The position numbers and the translations under genes are program-made. Below, in pieces: positions 1 to 9,955 of a stretch of DNA of 64,000 bases (the stretch's first letter is position 1; every line of letters begins with the position of its first letter). The stretch spans positions 8,413,009-8,477,008 of the forward strand of contig MU058781.1 of the NCBI GenBank assembly GCA_013265495.1. Reading direction: 5' to 3'. The DNA comes from Vicugna vicugna. Its lineage: Eukaryota. The notes under the pieces are model-generated. The model was given only the letters and a program-made list of their open reading frames with translations. It searched no databases and had not been told where the DNA came from.

Positions 1-33
<33 letters not shown>
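1..33. repeat. (TA)n microsatellite, truncated by the window edge
   Basis: Perfect TA dinucleotide run. Confidence 0.95.
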
Positions 34-36
<3 letters not shown>

Positions 37-346
37 ATCCAGCTGTGCACTTGGATGTGTGTACTTAACTAAATGTAAGCTGTACATTGAAAAAAGGAAA
101 AGGCTGTCAGGAAGCCTCCACTGCACTGAAGCTCATCTAAACCTCTCACACTCTAAGGAGTCCAAGAGTCCTAATTTCTCATACAAATGTGCACCAGAGT
201 AGTACTGAAGACAAATATCACGTGAAAGTCTTATAAGAAAAAAGGGAAGTAAGGAGAGTGGATGACCACTAATATCACAGAACAAGGGGCAAGCAGATCT
301 CACATGCCTCAGATCTGCCAGAAGACCAAAACCTGAGTTTGGACCA

Positions 347-447
347 GGGTGGGGATAGCTCAGTGGTAGGGCACATACTTAGCATGCACGAGGTCCTGGG
401 TTCAATCCCCAGTACCTTCATTTGAAAAGAGAAGGAAAAAGAAAAAA
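347..447 (+). mobile_element. tRNA-derived SINE, camelid Vic-1-like
   Basis: A box TAGCTCAGTGG, B box GGTTCAATCCC and an A-rich tail. Degenerate target-site duplication AAAACCTGAGTTTG (328-341) / AAAACCAGAGTCTG (444-457). Confidence 0.85.
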
Positions 448-594
448 CCAGAGTCTGATCGAGACAGAGGATCCAGCTGCAAACCTGCAGGTAATGGAGA
501 AGACAGAAAGAATGGAGCAAACGACACCATCCGTGTGCGACCTGCCGAATTTAGGCTGTCAGGTTAAATGGCCCAGGTTCCTGGAATGGGTTTT

Positions 595-989
595 CAGATG
601 ACTACAAACTGGGTGGCTTAAAACAACAGTTTCTTCTCTCACAGTTTTGGAGGCCAGAAGTTTCCAATCAGGGTGTCAACCAGGTTGATTCCTTCTGCAG
701 GCTCCCGAGGGAGAATCTGTTCGTGCCTCTCGGCCTATGGTTTGTAGACACATCACTTCATTCTCTGCCTCTGTTTTCACACAATCTCCTCTCCTCTGGG
801 TTTCTCCTCTCCTTTTCTTTTATAAAATGATCCACATTGGATTTAGGACCCACCCTAATCCAGGATAATCTCATCTTGAAATCCTTACCTTCATTATTCT
901 GAAAAGACCATTTTTCTAAGTAAGGTCAAATTCACAGGTTCCAGTGGATAGGTCTCTTTTGAGAGGGACCAACCATTCAACTTACTACA
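595..989 (-). mobile_element. MLT1-family (ERVL-MaLR) solo LTR
   Basis: Diagnostic segments CAAACTGGGTGGCTTAAAACAACAG, GGAGGCCAGAAG, GGATTTAGGACCCACCCTAATCCAGGAT and CCATTCAAC...ACA. Confidence 0.85.
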
Positions 990-1034
990 TTCTTCAAGAT
1001 AAATTGTAAGGTAAATAAAGGGATAGATCAGGAA

Positions 1035-1350
1035 TCATATATTAAAAGAGATTTAAAAGACTTTTTTTTTAATGGGCAAGACTAAACTATAGTTTCTGGA
1101 CTATATTTGGCTTTTTTAAAACATGAAGAAGTGAAGACTAAAAATATTAGGCTAACAGTACTTTTGGTGGGAGGGAAGGGGTTGTGATCAGGATTAAGGC
1201 ATGTGAAAGGGACTTCAGGGATACAGGTCAAGTTCTACTTCTTGACCTGGGTTGTGGCTACAGGAGTGTTCGTCCTGTGGTAATTCATTAACCCATGGTT
1301 AGTTTTGTTTAGTTTTCTATGTCTGTATTTTTGGTTTCCATAAAAATCTG
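1035..1350 (+). mobile_element. Old L1 (L1ME-like) 3' fragment
   Basis: Motifs AATGGGCAAGACTAAACTATAG and TTCTACTTCTTGACCTGGGTTGTGGCTACAGGAGTGTTC are typical of L1M 3' UTRs. Confidence 0.6.
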
Positions 1351-1812
1351 TTTCAAAACAGCAAGGAAACACACACCTTTGAGATAATACCCTTCTTTCC
1401 ATCCAGCATATTTTGTCTGAATCACATTACTTGTTAACTGAGCAGGAAGAGCTTTAGCAGAAAAGGCAATCTGCAATCACGGTATAGTCTAAAGTTACAC
1501 TAACAATGGTAACATTAGTTGCTCAAAAGATTCTACATACAAGGGAGTTTTCTATGTCATCGTTGCCTAAGAAGCCAGTTTATAGGTTAGAGATTTCCAG
1601 GTCATAGATGCCTGTGTGGCAGTGTTTCCCAAAGTGTATTCTGTGGACCACCTGCATCACAATTATCCTGCTTATAATGCAGATTCCTGGACTCCAACCA
1701 GAGATTCAGCTACAGTAGATTGATGCTCTATGCCGGAAGTTTATCCTAGATTTATTTAAAAACACAAAAGCTCTATCTAAAGAGTACCTTCCTGGTCTAG
1801 TCAAAGAATTGA

Positions 1813-1874
1813 TGACAAGAAACCCTACACTGGTATCTCAACCTGACAAGAAACTCTACACTGGTATCTAAACC
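1813..1874. repeat. Tandem duplication, 2 x 31 bp
   Basis: TGACAAGAAACCCTACACTGGTATCTCAACC followed by TGACAAGAAACTCTACACTGGTATCTAAACC (2 mismatches). Confidence 0.95.
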
Positions 1875-2892
1875 ACTATCTATAAATAACTATAATGGTC
1901 AAATTTTCCAGGATGAGCACCTAGAAATTGTTATTAGTGTTTGATGTGGTAATGGCTTAAGGACATGCTCCTCTTTCTTCCCAACCAGGAAGATAAAATA
2001 GAATGTTATTTCTGTGTGAGCTAACTGACTGAATTGCAATAGAAAAGCCTTAAACTCTTAGGCTGGTCTTCTCCAGACCCTAAAATTTAAATATGCTCTG
2101 AATCCAATGTAGGTTCAGATTTGGCTGAACTAAATTAGAGGCACAATTTAAACTTCTAATGTTCCGAAGACTTTCTGGGCCCATGAGCAGTCTCCTTAAT
2201 CCAGAAACCTATGACTTTTCCATCTGAAGATTTAACCTTGAATCCCCCAAAACAGTTTAATAGTGTTGTTTCTTGGGAATTATTTATATAGACCTTATGG
2301 ATGTTGGCAAATCTGTATTTAGAAATAGAAAATGAAGACTTTTAGAGAAAATTGTAATGTCAAACTTTGTGGTATGTATAATGTACATGTATCTGTGTGT
2401 ATATGTTTACATACATGTGTGCGTGTAGAAATTCGGAGCTTCTTATGGCAACTGGCAGGATGAGAAGGTGCAGGAAGGAGGTTGGAAACACCCATCCAGG
2501 CATCAGACACGGGGATGGCAACGCTAGCTGGGGCAATGGGGAGTAGTGGGCAGAAGTCCAAAGTTATACAGCTGACTCTTGCCCTCAGTCTCTAGAGCGT
2601 AAAGGAGTTACCCGGAGGGATTTGTTAAATGAGGTTCTTGGGTCCTGCTCAAGGGATTCTGATTCTTTGGGGTGGGGTAGAGCTCAGGAATTTGCACTTT
2701 TATAAGCACCTTGGGTGAGTCTGCACCAGGTGGTCAGCAAGTCATACTTTGAAAAAGTCTTCAGCGGGGGCTATAGCCAGGCTGGCAATTAGTGTCATTG
2801 GTGTCCAGTAACGAGTGGTATCTTGGCAGTGATCCAAAACAAGGTGAGTAGCAGTTAAGAGGTCTGAGGCTCAGGCAGGCAGGCTAACAGAC

Positions 2893-3362
2893 TGCATTAA
2901 TTTCCTAGGGCTGCCATAATAAATGACCACAAACTAGGGATCCGAAAACAACAGAAATTTACTCTATCATAGGTCTAGAGGCCGGAAGTCTGAAATCAAG
3001 GTGCCAGCAGGGCTCTGCTCCCTCCAGAGCTCTAGGGGAGATGCTACTCCTTGCCTCCTCCAGCTTCTGGTGGCTGCCAGCATTCCTTGACTCATGCTTC
3101 TCATCCCAGCCTCTGCCTCTGTCTTCCCATGGCCTTCTCCACTTCTCTGTATGTCTCTCTTCTGGCTGTCTCTTATAAGAACACTTGTCACTGGATTTAG
3201 GGCCCACCCAGATAATCCAAAATGATCTTATTTCAAGAGTTTTAGCTTGGTTACATCTACAAAGACCCCTTTTCCAAGTTAGGTCACAACCACAGGTTCT
3301 AAAGATTAAGACAAAGGCGTGTTTTGCTGGTGGGGGAGAGGGGCACCATTCAACCAACTACA
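2893..3362 (-). mobile_element. Near-complete MLT1C/D-like (ERVL-MaLR) solo LTR
   Basis: About 470 bp with TG...CA ends and 5-bp target-site duplication CAGAC/CAGGC. Internal MLT1 motifs include CTAGGGCTGCCATAA, CTTCTGGTGGCTGCCAGCATTCCTTG and GGATTTAGGGCCCACCC. Confidence 0.9.
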
Positions 3363-4662
3363 CAGGCCAATTCTGGGACAGCTAGCTGCCTTGGGTTACT
3401 GCCAGAGTAAGGGAAAGGGTGGCAGTGACTGGCAAGAACAGTCTGGCTCTTCTGCCAGAGCAGTCTGAACTTCAAGGGAAGGTCTTGAGGGTTCAGACTT
3501 AGGAAACAGCCAGAAGCTGACTACTAACAGATGAGCAGGTTGGGTAGGATGAGCAGCAGAGCTGACCTGACTTCACCACCCTGAACTTCTGAGTCAGGAT
3601 TCCATAATCCCTACTAACCAGGACATGACTGTGCTCCGGCTCTGGGACAAAGCCAAGTGGACATCCATAGGCAGTAGGAAGATTAGAGGCTGGGAGTCAG
3701 AGTGGACAAGAAGGAGCTGCAAAGCACAACCACACAAATAAGTAGAATCATCAACAGCCACCACTTATTGTGCACTTGCTATATACCTGGTAAAGTGCCA
3801 TTTATTATGGCCGCTTTTCAACATAACCTTGCATTATGGGTATTACGATATAAGCTCCCATAAAACATGTGAGAACCCAGCCTGTTAAAGATTAAAGTTA
3901 TATAGCCAGTAAGTGGCAGAGCTAGAATTTAAACCCCAATCACTCTGGCTCCAAAGCCCATTTTCTTTCTCCTAAAACATGCTTCCTCTCCACAAGTGAA
4001 TTGCCTACCTCAAATGTTATTATCTTAACTTCCAACACCTCCTCTTCTCTCTTTGAACCCCTCACCCCATCCTGGGGTTCACTAGACGTAGAATGTCAAA
4101 ATATCAGAATTACAGGTGTTGATCTAGATGGCAAACACTTGCTGTCTTGTGACTGTGACTGTAATCTTAAAATGTAGGTCTACGATGACTGTGCATGTTG
4201 CACACCCCTCCTCCTACGACCCTCACTATAGCCACCAAATGCATGCTGTCAGTGATTTTCTATAGCTGGTAACATACAAGTAGTTACAATACTAGTTTTC
4301 TCCGTAGTGACGCACAGTGGAAAGCAACGTTGATAGAACAAGTTCAAGGAAGTTGCTAATACCTTATGCTTCTAGCCCAGCCAGGAATTGATGTCCTTTG
4401 AATACCACCTAATCTGCCCTAAAGATAGTGTCAGTTTTACGATGATGTGTCAATCAATGTTTGGGTACTGGGCCATGAATCCTCAACTAGCTTGAAAGCA
4501 AGACCAAAATATTCCTGAAGCAAGGTTTAACAATACTTTGAGCTCACCCTGTTTCAGGTAAGGTTAACAGGACTGAAATAGTAAGGAGTCTTAGTCTGAA
4601 CTGACATATTTTGTCAGGCCTTTCAGAAGACTGAATATATGAGGTTTTGGAAATTATTACTA

Positions 4663-4699
4663 ATGATGATGATGATGATGATGATAACAATAATAATAG
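4663..4699. repeat. (GAT)n/(AAT)n simple repeat
   Basis: ATGATGATG... followed by AACAATAATAAT. Confidence 0.85.
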
Positions 4700-5849
4700 T
4701 CTTGCAAAAGGGCTTGAGGTATTGCAATCCTCATTACACAGTAAGCACCAGATTAGCAGCTATGTTGTGCAATTCTTATTGATTGGAACTGTAAATGATG
4801 ACCTGACATATGGACACCTTTCCCCACAACCTGTCAGGGTCCTTTTTCCTACGCAATCTCACAGGAGCAATCTTCAATGTTAAGACCCATGAATACTTGC
4901 ACCAGCGCGGAAGTCAGTTTGACAATAAATTTAATACTTTTGGGGGGGTGGTGTGCAATTTCTAGTTTACTGGAAAAAAAAATCTTTGAAAATATTTTGG
5001 ACTGGGTTTAGACAGACGTGTTTGCTTTTAGTCAGAGAACTTGCTAGGAAACCGAAATTGTAACGTGCTGGTGCTGGGCGTGCAGCGTTTATTGGGAGCA
5101 AGACGTCATCGTGGGAAGCACGTACTTCTTCGGATTACTGTTTGGCGGATTAGAAACCCGTAGATCAATCCTAGGTTAGCTCAGATTAACTGCCCTGGGT
5201 GCTTCTGGGCCAGCGTGGGGCCGAGGCGTGGGGTGGGTGTCTGCTGGACTCCAACCAATATTCGTGCTAAGATTTCACTGGGCAAAATATTAAGAGTTAA
5301 TTTTTACGTAAACCCCATCGAGGCTAATAATGAAGCTACCACGAATGATCTGGAATGTTAACTAAATCGTGCCCGAAATCACGTCAGTCGAACCTTCTGC
5401 CCCCACGATTCTGTCTGCCCACATGCTTCTGTCTATCAGCCTCGGCCTCGGGATCAGCTCTCGCCGCGGCATTGGGTGGATGTCAGGAAGGGAGAAAACC
5501 ACGATTTAAAGGGCTCAGTTTCCACCTGCCAGGCATCGTTCGCATGGTCCAACCTGCCTTCGGTACATATTTGGGAGAATCTCCCGCCGTTGTTCATCTA
5601 TTACCCTGACTGGTCAAACGAAAGAGTTCCTGAAAGTGTCCCCTTGGTCACCTTGACAATTTCCAAAAGCGAAACTTGCACTCTAGACTAGGTCCACACT
5701 GAGTCTGCGGGGCGCGGAGTCCCTGCAGGTCAGCAGCGCCCGCCCGGCTGGTGGGCGGGGATGCGGGCGGAGCCTGGACCAGGCGTGGTCTTCCGTGGGA
5801 GAGAAGGCAAGGCTTCACCCCACCTCCTGAAAAACCCCTGCTCCCTCCC

Positions 5850-6135
5850 AGCCAATCAAGAAGGCCTATGCAAATAGGGCCCCTGTCGCCCCGGCAACCA
5901 TGATGCACGGCAGCCAACGAAAACCGGCAAGTCGCGTCCCTGCTCGACGATTGGAACTTAAGTAAGGAGACAGAGGCCCAATGGGCTGTGGGAACGGTCC
6001 TCGGCGGGTTGAGGGGCGGGGATATGCAAATATGGTTTGAAAAGGCGGCGGGAAATCTGAGTTTCGCGGGAGGACCTTGGCGCGTAAACCGTATCCCTTC
6101 ATTCATTGTCAGCAGCAGCTTCCTGGAGCCATTTT
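5850..6135 (+). promoter_or_regulatory. E2F3a core promoter: CCAAT boxes, two octamers, GC box, three E2F sites, YY1-like motif
   Basis: CCAAT 5852-5856 and 5978-5982, ATTGG 5950-5954. ATGCAAAT 5868-5875 and 6024-6031. GGGGCGGGG 6013-6021. E2F-like GCGGGAAA 6048-6055, TTTCGCGG 6062-6069 and TTGGCGCGTAAA 6077-6088. GCCATTTT 6128-6135. No TATA box. Confidence 0.85.
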
Positions 6136-6454
6136 TCAGCTGCCGGCCGCAGCACCCGGGCTGCCGCCGCCGCCTCGCAATCCATTGCATCGGCCGCCCC
6201 CGACGCCTCCATCCCCCCTCGGGGCCCGATATCCGTGCGGCCGGGACCCTCCTCTCTCCAGAGCCCCGATTATTTTTGGCCCCCGGGGCCCGTGCGGTGC
6301 CGAAAAATAAAAAGAAAAGAGAGAGAAGGGGCTCGGAAGCGCCGGGCGGGGAGGAGAGAAGGAGGAGAGACTTGGAAACTCCGACTGCAAATAATAAAGA
6401 AATTGAAAACAATACATTAATATACCATAGCAATAAAAAGAGCAGGAGCGAGAG

Positions 6455-6850
6455 ATGAGAAAGGGGATCCAGCCCGCCCTGGAGCAGTACCTGGTGACCG
6501 CCGGGGGTGGGGAGGGGGCGGCTGTCGTCGCCGCCGCCGCTGCAGCCTCCATGGACAAAAGGGCACTGCTAGCCAGCCCCGGCTTCCCCGCCGCCGCCGC
6601 CGCTGCTGCCGCCGCCCCGAGCGCGTACATCCAGATCCTCACCACGAACACTTCCACCACCTCCTGTTCCTCCTCCCTCCAAAGCGGCGCCGTCGCCGCC
6701 GGCCCCCTCCTCCCCAGTGCCCCCGGCGTGGAGCAGACCGCCGGCAGCCTCCTCTACACCACGCCGCACGGACCCTCCAGCAGAGCCGGGCTGCTGCAGC
6801 AGCCACCAGCGCTGGGACGCGGCGGCAGCGGCGGCGGCGGCGGCCCTCCG
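6455..6850 (+). CDS. E2F3: E2F transcription factor 3, isoform a, coding exon 1a (132 codons, Ala/Gly-rich N-terminus)
   Basis: ATG at 6455 translates as [44 protein letters not shown]...[10 protein letters not shown], which matches the E2F3a N-terminus. It ends at a phase-0 donor CCG|GTAATG (GT at 6851) and joins in frame to exon 2 (AKRRLEL). Confidence 0.98.
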
Positions 6851-7679
6851 GTAATGCCCTCCCGTTCCCACCGTCCCCAGCCCGGGCGGGAGGTGGGCTC
6901 GCACCGCGCGGGGTGGTGGGCGCGCTGCGGGCCGCCCTGGGAGAGCGCGGGGCCGAGCGTCGTGGGCCTCGGCGGCTGCCCCTGCAACGAGGGTTTATTG
7001 TTAGACTTGTGTGTCTTCCCCCCAGCGCCCTGAGGGTCGGGGGGCTCCGCCAGGCGCGCGGGGCAGCGGGGATCGCCTTGGCGCGAACCACATCAAACAC
7101 TCCGAAACTTTTAGCGGCCCCCCCTTCTTTTCCTGCACTTTTCCCTACCCCCACTCTCCCCTCCCCTCCAACTCGAAGCTTCCTCTTTCTCGGGCGTAGG
7201 AAGGGGTCACGCCCCGGATGGAGAAGGGGGTGGGGGAGGGAGTAGTGAACTGGGGAGTGGGGGACTCTGGGGGAGTGGAAACCGGGGGTCCCTTGGGGTG
7301 ATGGCTCCCCCGCCGGCCTCGGAGGCCAGTTGGCAGCCGGGGGTCCCCGAGGCGTGCTCGGAGAGCAGGGGCTCTGCCAGGCTGCGCTTGACACATTTTG
7401 GGATCTGGAACTCCCGGCAACAAAGGGGCTGGGGGAAGCGGAGGGGGGCGCTGGGGGGGAAGGTGGAGCTGGAAGCTGGGTGCGGGCTGGGGCGTGGGCT
7501 GTCTGAGGGCGAGGGGCTAGCAGGCTGGAGCCCGGGCCTGGGCGCATCCCGGCGGTGGCAGCGGCGGCGCCCGCGTGGCCCGAGCGCCCGGGCCTTCCTC
7601 GCCGGGCCCCGGGCCTGCCCTTGACCCGCCTCTCCCCTTGCCCCTTCCTTCCCCGCCCTGTCCCCCTCTCCGCCCCCCA

Positions 7680-8046
7680 GCGACGGAGGGCGGGGGCAGC
7701 CGTGTTCCCGTCCCGCCGCCTGGGTCTGTCCCTCTCCCCGGGACCCGCCGGTGACGTTTCGCACACGTGCGCGGAGGACGCGCCTGTGACTGGGGAGGAG
7801 GCGGCGGCGGGAGGGGGCGCTGGAGGGGGAGAGGGGGCACCCACTTCCTCCTGCTCGCCGGCTCCCTGGCCTGGGACGGTCCCGGCGCCCTCGCACCCGC
7901 CCCCGGCACGGCCACCCTCCCTCTCCTCTCCCCAACCCCCCCCACGGGCGCCCGCCCTCGCCCGGCGCCGCCGGTCCGTTCGGCCCTCCGGGCCCCCTCT
8001 CTAGCCGGCCCCCCCATCTCCCCCCGGAGCCAGGCGGGTTTCGGAA
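7680..8046 (+). promoter_or_regulatory. E2F3b promoter/5'UTR (GC boxes, E-box, CRE half-site, ETS motifs)
   Basis: TGACGT 7752-7757, CACGTG 7764-7769, CACTTCCT 7842-7849, several GGGCGG/CCGCCC, and CGGAAA immediately before the exon 1b ATG. Confidence 0.7.
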
Positions 8047-8064
8047 ATGCCCTTACAGCAGCAG
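8047..8064 (+). CDS. E2F3: E2F3 isoform b alternative first coding exon 1b (MPLQQQ)
   Basis: ATG CCC TTA CAG CAG CAG is followed by donor CAG|GTTAGT (GT at 8065). Phase 0 is compatible with exon 2. MPLQQQ is the known unique N-terminus of E2F3b. Confidence 0.95.
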
Positions 8065-9774
8065 GTTAGTGACCGGGACGGCTCGGGGGCCACTGCCGCC
8101 GCGGGGGCACCGGATTCTGTTGGGGGCTGAAGCCGTGAGGGTAGGCGGTTGAGCGGGGTTTTGGAGTGGGAACGGGGGGTTGGGTGCTCGAGGGAAATGA
8201 GTAAGCAAGAAAAATCTAACTAAGTAAATGCCCCGGCCTCCGGTTCTAGGAACCCCGGGGCAGGAGTGGCCGGCCCAGGGGGTGGGTATGGTGTTTATGT
8301 GTATTTTTTCCTAGGGGGCCGATGGATGGGCGATTGAAAACCGGAGGGGGGCTTCTCGCCAATGGCCGAGTTGAGCTCTGTTTTCAGTCTTCCTTCCCTT
8401 GTGCTGGAGGGGGAGGGGGCGGGTCAGAGGGTAGGGCGTCCGTAGGATTCCCAGGCCACCCGCCACCCCCTCCTTTTGTCCCTGTAATTTATAAAGCGCC
8501 TTTGAGAGATGATTTAGGTCAGTATGCAGCTTCTCTTTTTGTTGATACTAGAAAGAAGTGTGGCCCGGAGGTCTTCCCCCTTTCTCCTTTTCTCTCCCTC
8601 GTTCCCTTCCTCCATGCCTCCCGTCTTCACCCTCGTGGTGAGGTTTGGCCCCCACGAGGCTAGAAACGAACCAGACCCAGTTAGGTACTTGGTGGTTTGT
8701 TGATAATACCGGTCGTTGACCTCACCTTGTCTCGGCTCCAAATGGGCTTAATTTTTGGAGAAGCAAGATTTTGCCGAGGTCTTTAAGAGAGTCAGCACCT
8801 AGGCACCACTTTGGGGAATGAGATGGGTTTTGGAATAATGGAAAAAAATATTTCCTTACTCTTCCCAATTTCACCTCGAGTTGGATCTTAACTGCTTTTC
8901 AGCCCCAGAGATACTTGCTGGGGATGTGTGATAGATACCGTCTCAGTCAAAGCAGCTCATCGTGTTTTAGTGACTAGGGTCTGCCAGCAGGGGGGAGGTA
9001 CAGTACCTGCTCACACATACAGTATCCAGTGAGCTGCATTCTAGCCATAAGAATGTTCCGCGCTTTTATTAGCATTAAATACTGTTACTGACTTGACCTA
9101 AACATACTTGGATGTATTTTCAGTATATTTGCCCCCTACACAGTTCTATTACTATTTCATAAACCTGATCTGGAACAACCAGCTATTGAGATACTTCTTG
9201 GATTGGATTCAGATTTATGGGGGGAGTAGTTCTGATAATGGGAAATTGTGAGACCACCAGATTGCCTTTTTTTTTTAAGTTTTCGCCCACTTGTTGGGCC
9301 AGGTTTCCAAAACTGTCTAGCCAAACTTATATGTAGCTCATTGTATTTAAAGTATAAAAAAATTACCCTCACCACCGTCCAAACTGTTTCAAAACTTTAT
9401 CCTTCTTACTATGAGATGATTATCCCAAAGTTGTGAGCACTGAATATAAAGTTTGGTTTCTGGTTTTTCTTTTTTTTCTTCTTCTTCTTATCAAAATTAT
9501 ATTAGACTTCTGTTTAAGTCTTGAACTTTTGTTGATATTCTTTCCCTAAGCAGGCGGGACACCATGGGGATAACTAAGTGATTGGCTGAGCAAAGAGACC
9601 ACTTAAACACTTTGCAGCCGAGAAGAGGTTGAGAACTCCTGTTCCGGTGGCCAGAGTTGCAGGCCCATGTGGTTATGATTCCATGCTCTGTCTTAAGAAC
9701 TTAACCAGGAGCAAATTCTCCAACTTTTTTTTTTTTAATGAGACAAAATATATATACGAGTGCTACCTTTCTAG

Positions 9775-9955
9775 CTGTAACTACCTCTGTCATTTACAAG
9801 TCATTTGATCTTGGGCAAATAATCTCTCAAAACAGATACCTCTTCTGTAAAATAGGGACAATAACAATACTAACTTGAAGGTTCTTTTTAAGGGTTAATA
9901 TGATAATGCATGTAGAACACTTAGCACAGTGCCAGGCAAAGAGTAGACGCCCAGT
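9775..9955 (+). mobile_element. MIR SINE
   Basis: TTGGGCAAAT...CTCTTCTGTAAAATAGGGACAATAACAATAC...ATAATGCATGTAGAACACTTAGCACAGTGCC matches the MIR core and 3' end. Confidence 0.8.

Larger units (their letters stand above)
5700..8150. promoter_or_regulatory. CpG island spanning the E2F3a and E2F3b promoters and first exons
   Basis: Very high G+C and dense CpG, in contrast to the CpG-depleted flanks. Boundaries judged by eye. Confidence 0.93.

Noticed and set aside
347..420. Apparent tRNA gene (A and B boxes)
   Set aside because: It has an A-rich tail, target-site duplications and dispersed diverged copies in the window, so it is a SINE rather than a tRNA.
1813..1874. Short direct repeats here and at 50937-50972 and 60700-60752 as CRISPR-like arrays
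   Set aside because: Each has only two copies, with no regular unique spacers and no cas genes, in a mammalian context. They are simple local duplications.
6851..7033. C-terminal 60 aa of the 192-aa ORF 6455-7033
   Set aside because: This is read-through into intron 1. E2F3 similarity ends at the GT donor at 6851.
5648..8017. Long minus-strand and alternative-frame ORFs in the CpG island (e.g. 6639-7844, 401 aa; 5648-6433, 261 aa; 7207-7935, 242 aa)
   Set aside because: They are low-complexity Pro/Arg/Gly/Ala translations expected from stop-poor GC-rich DNA, and I recognise no domain.
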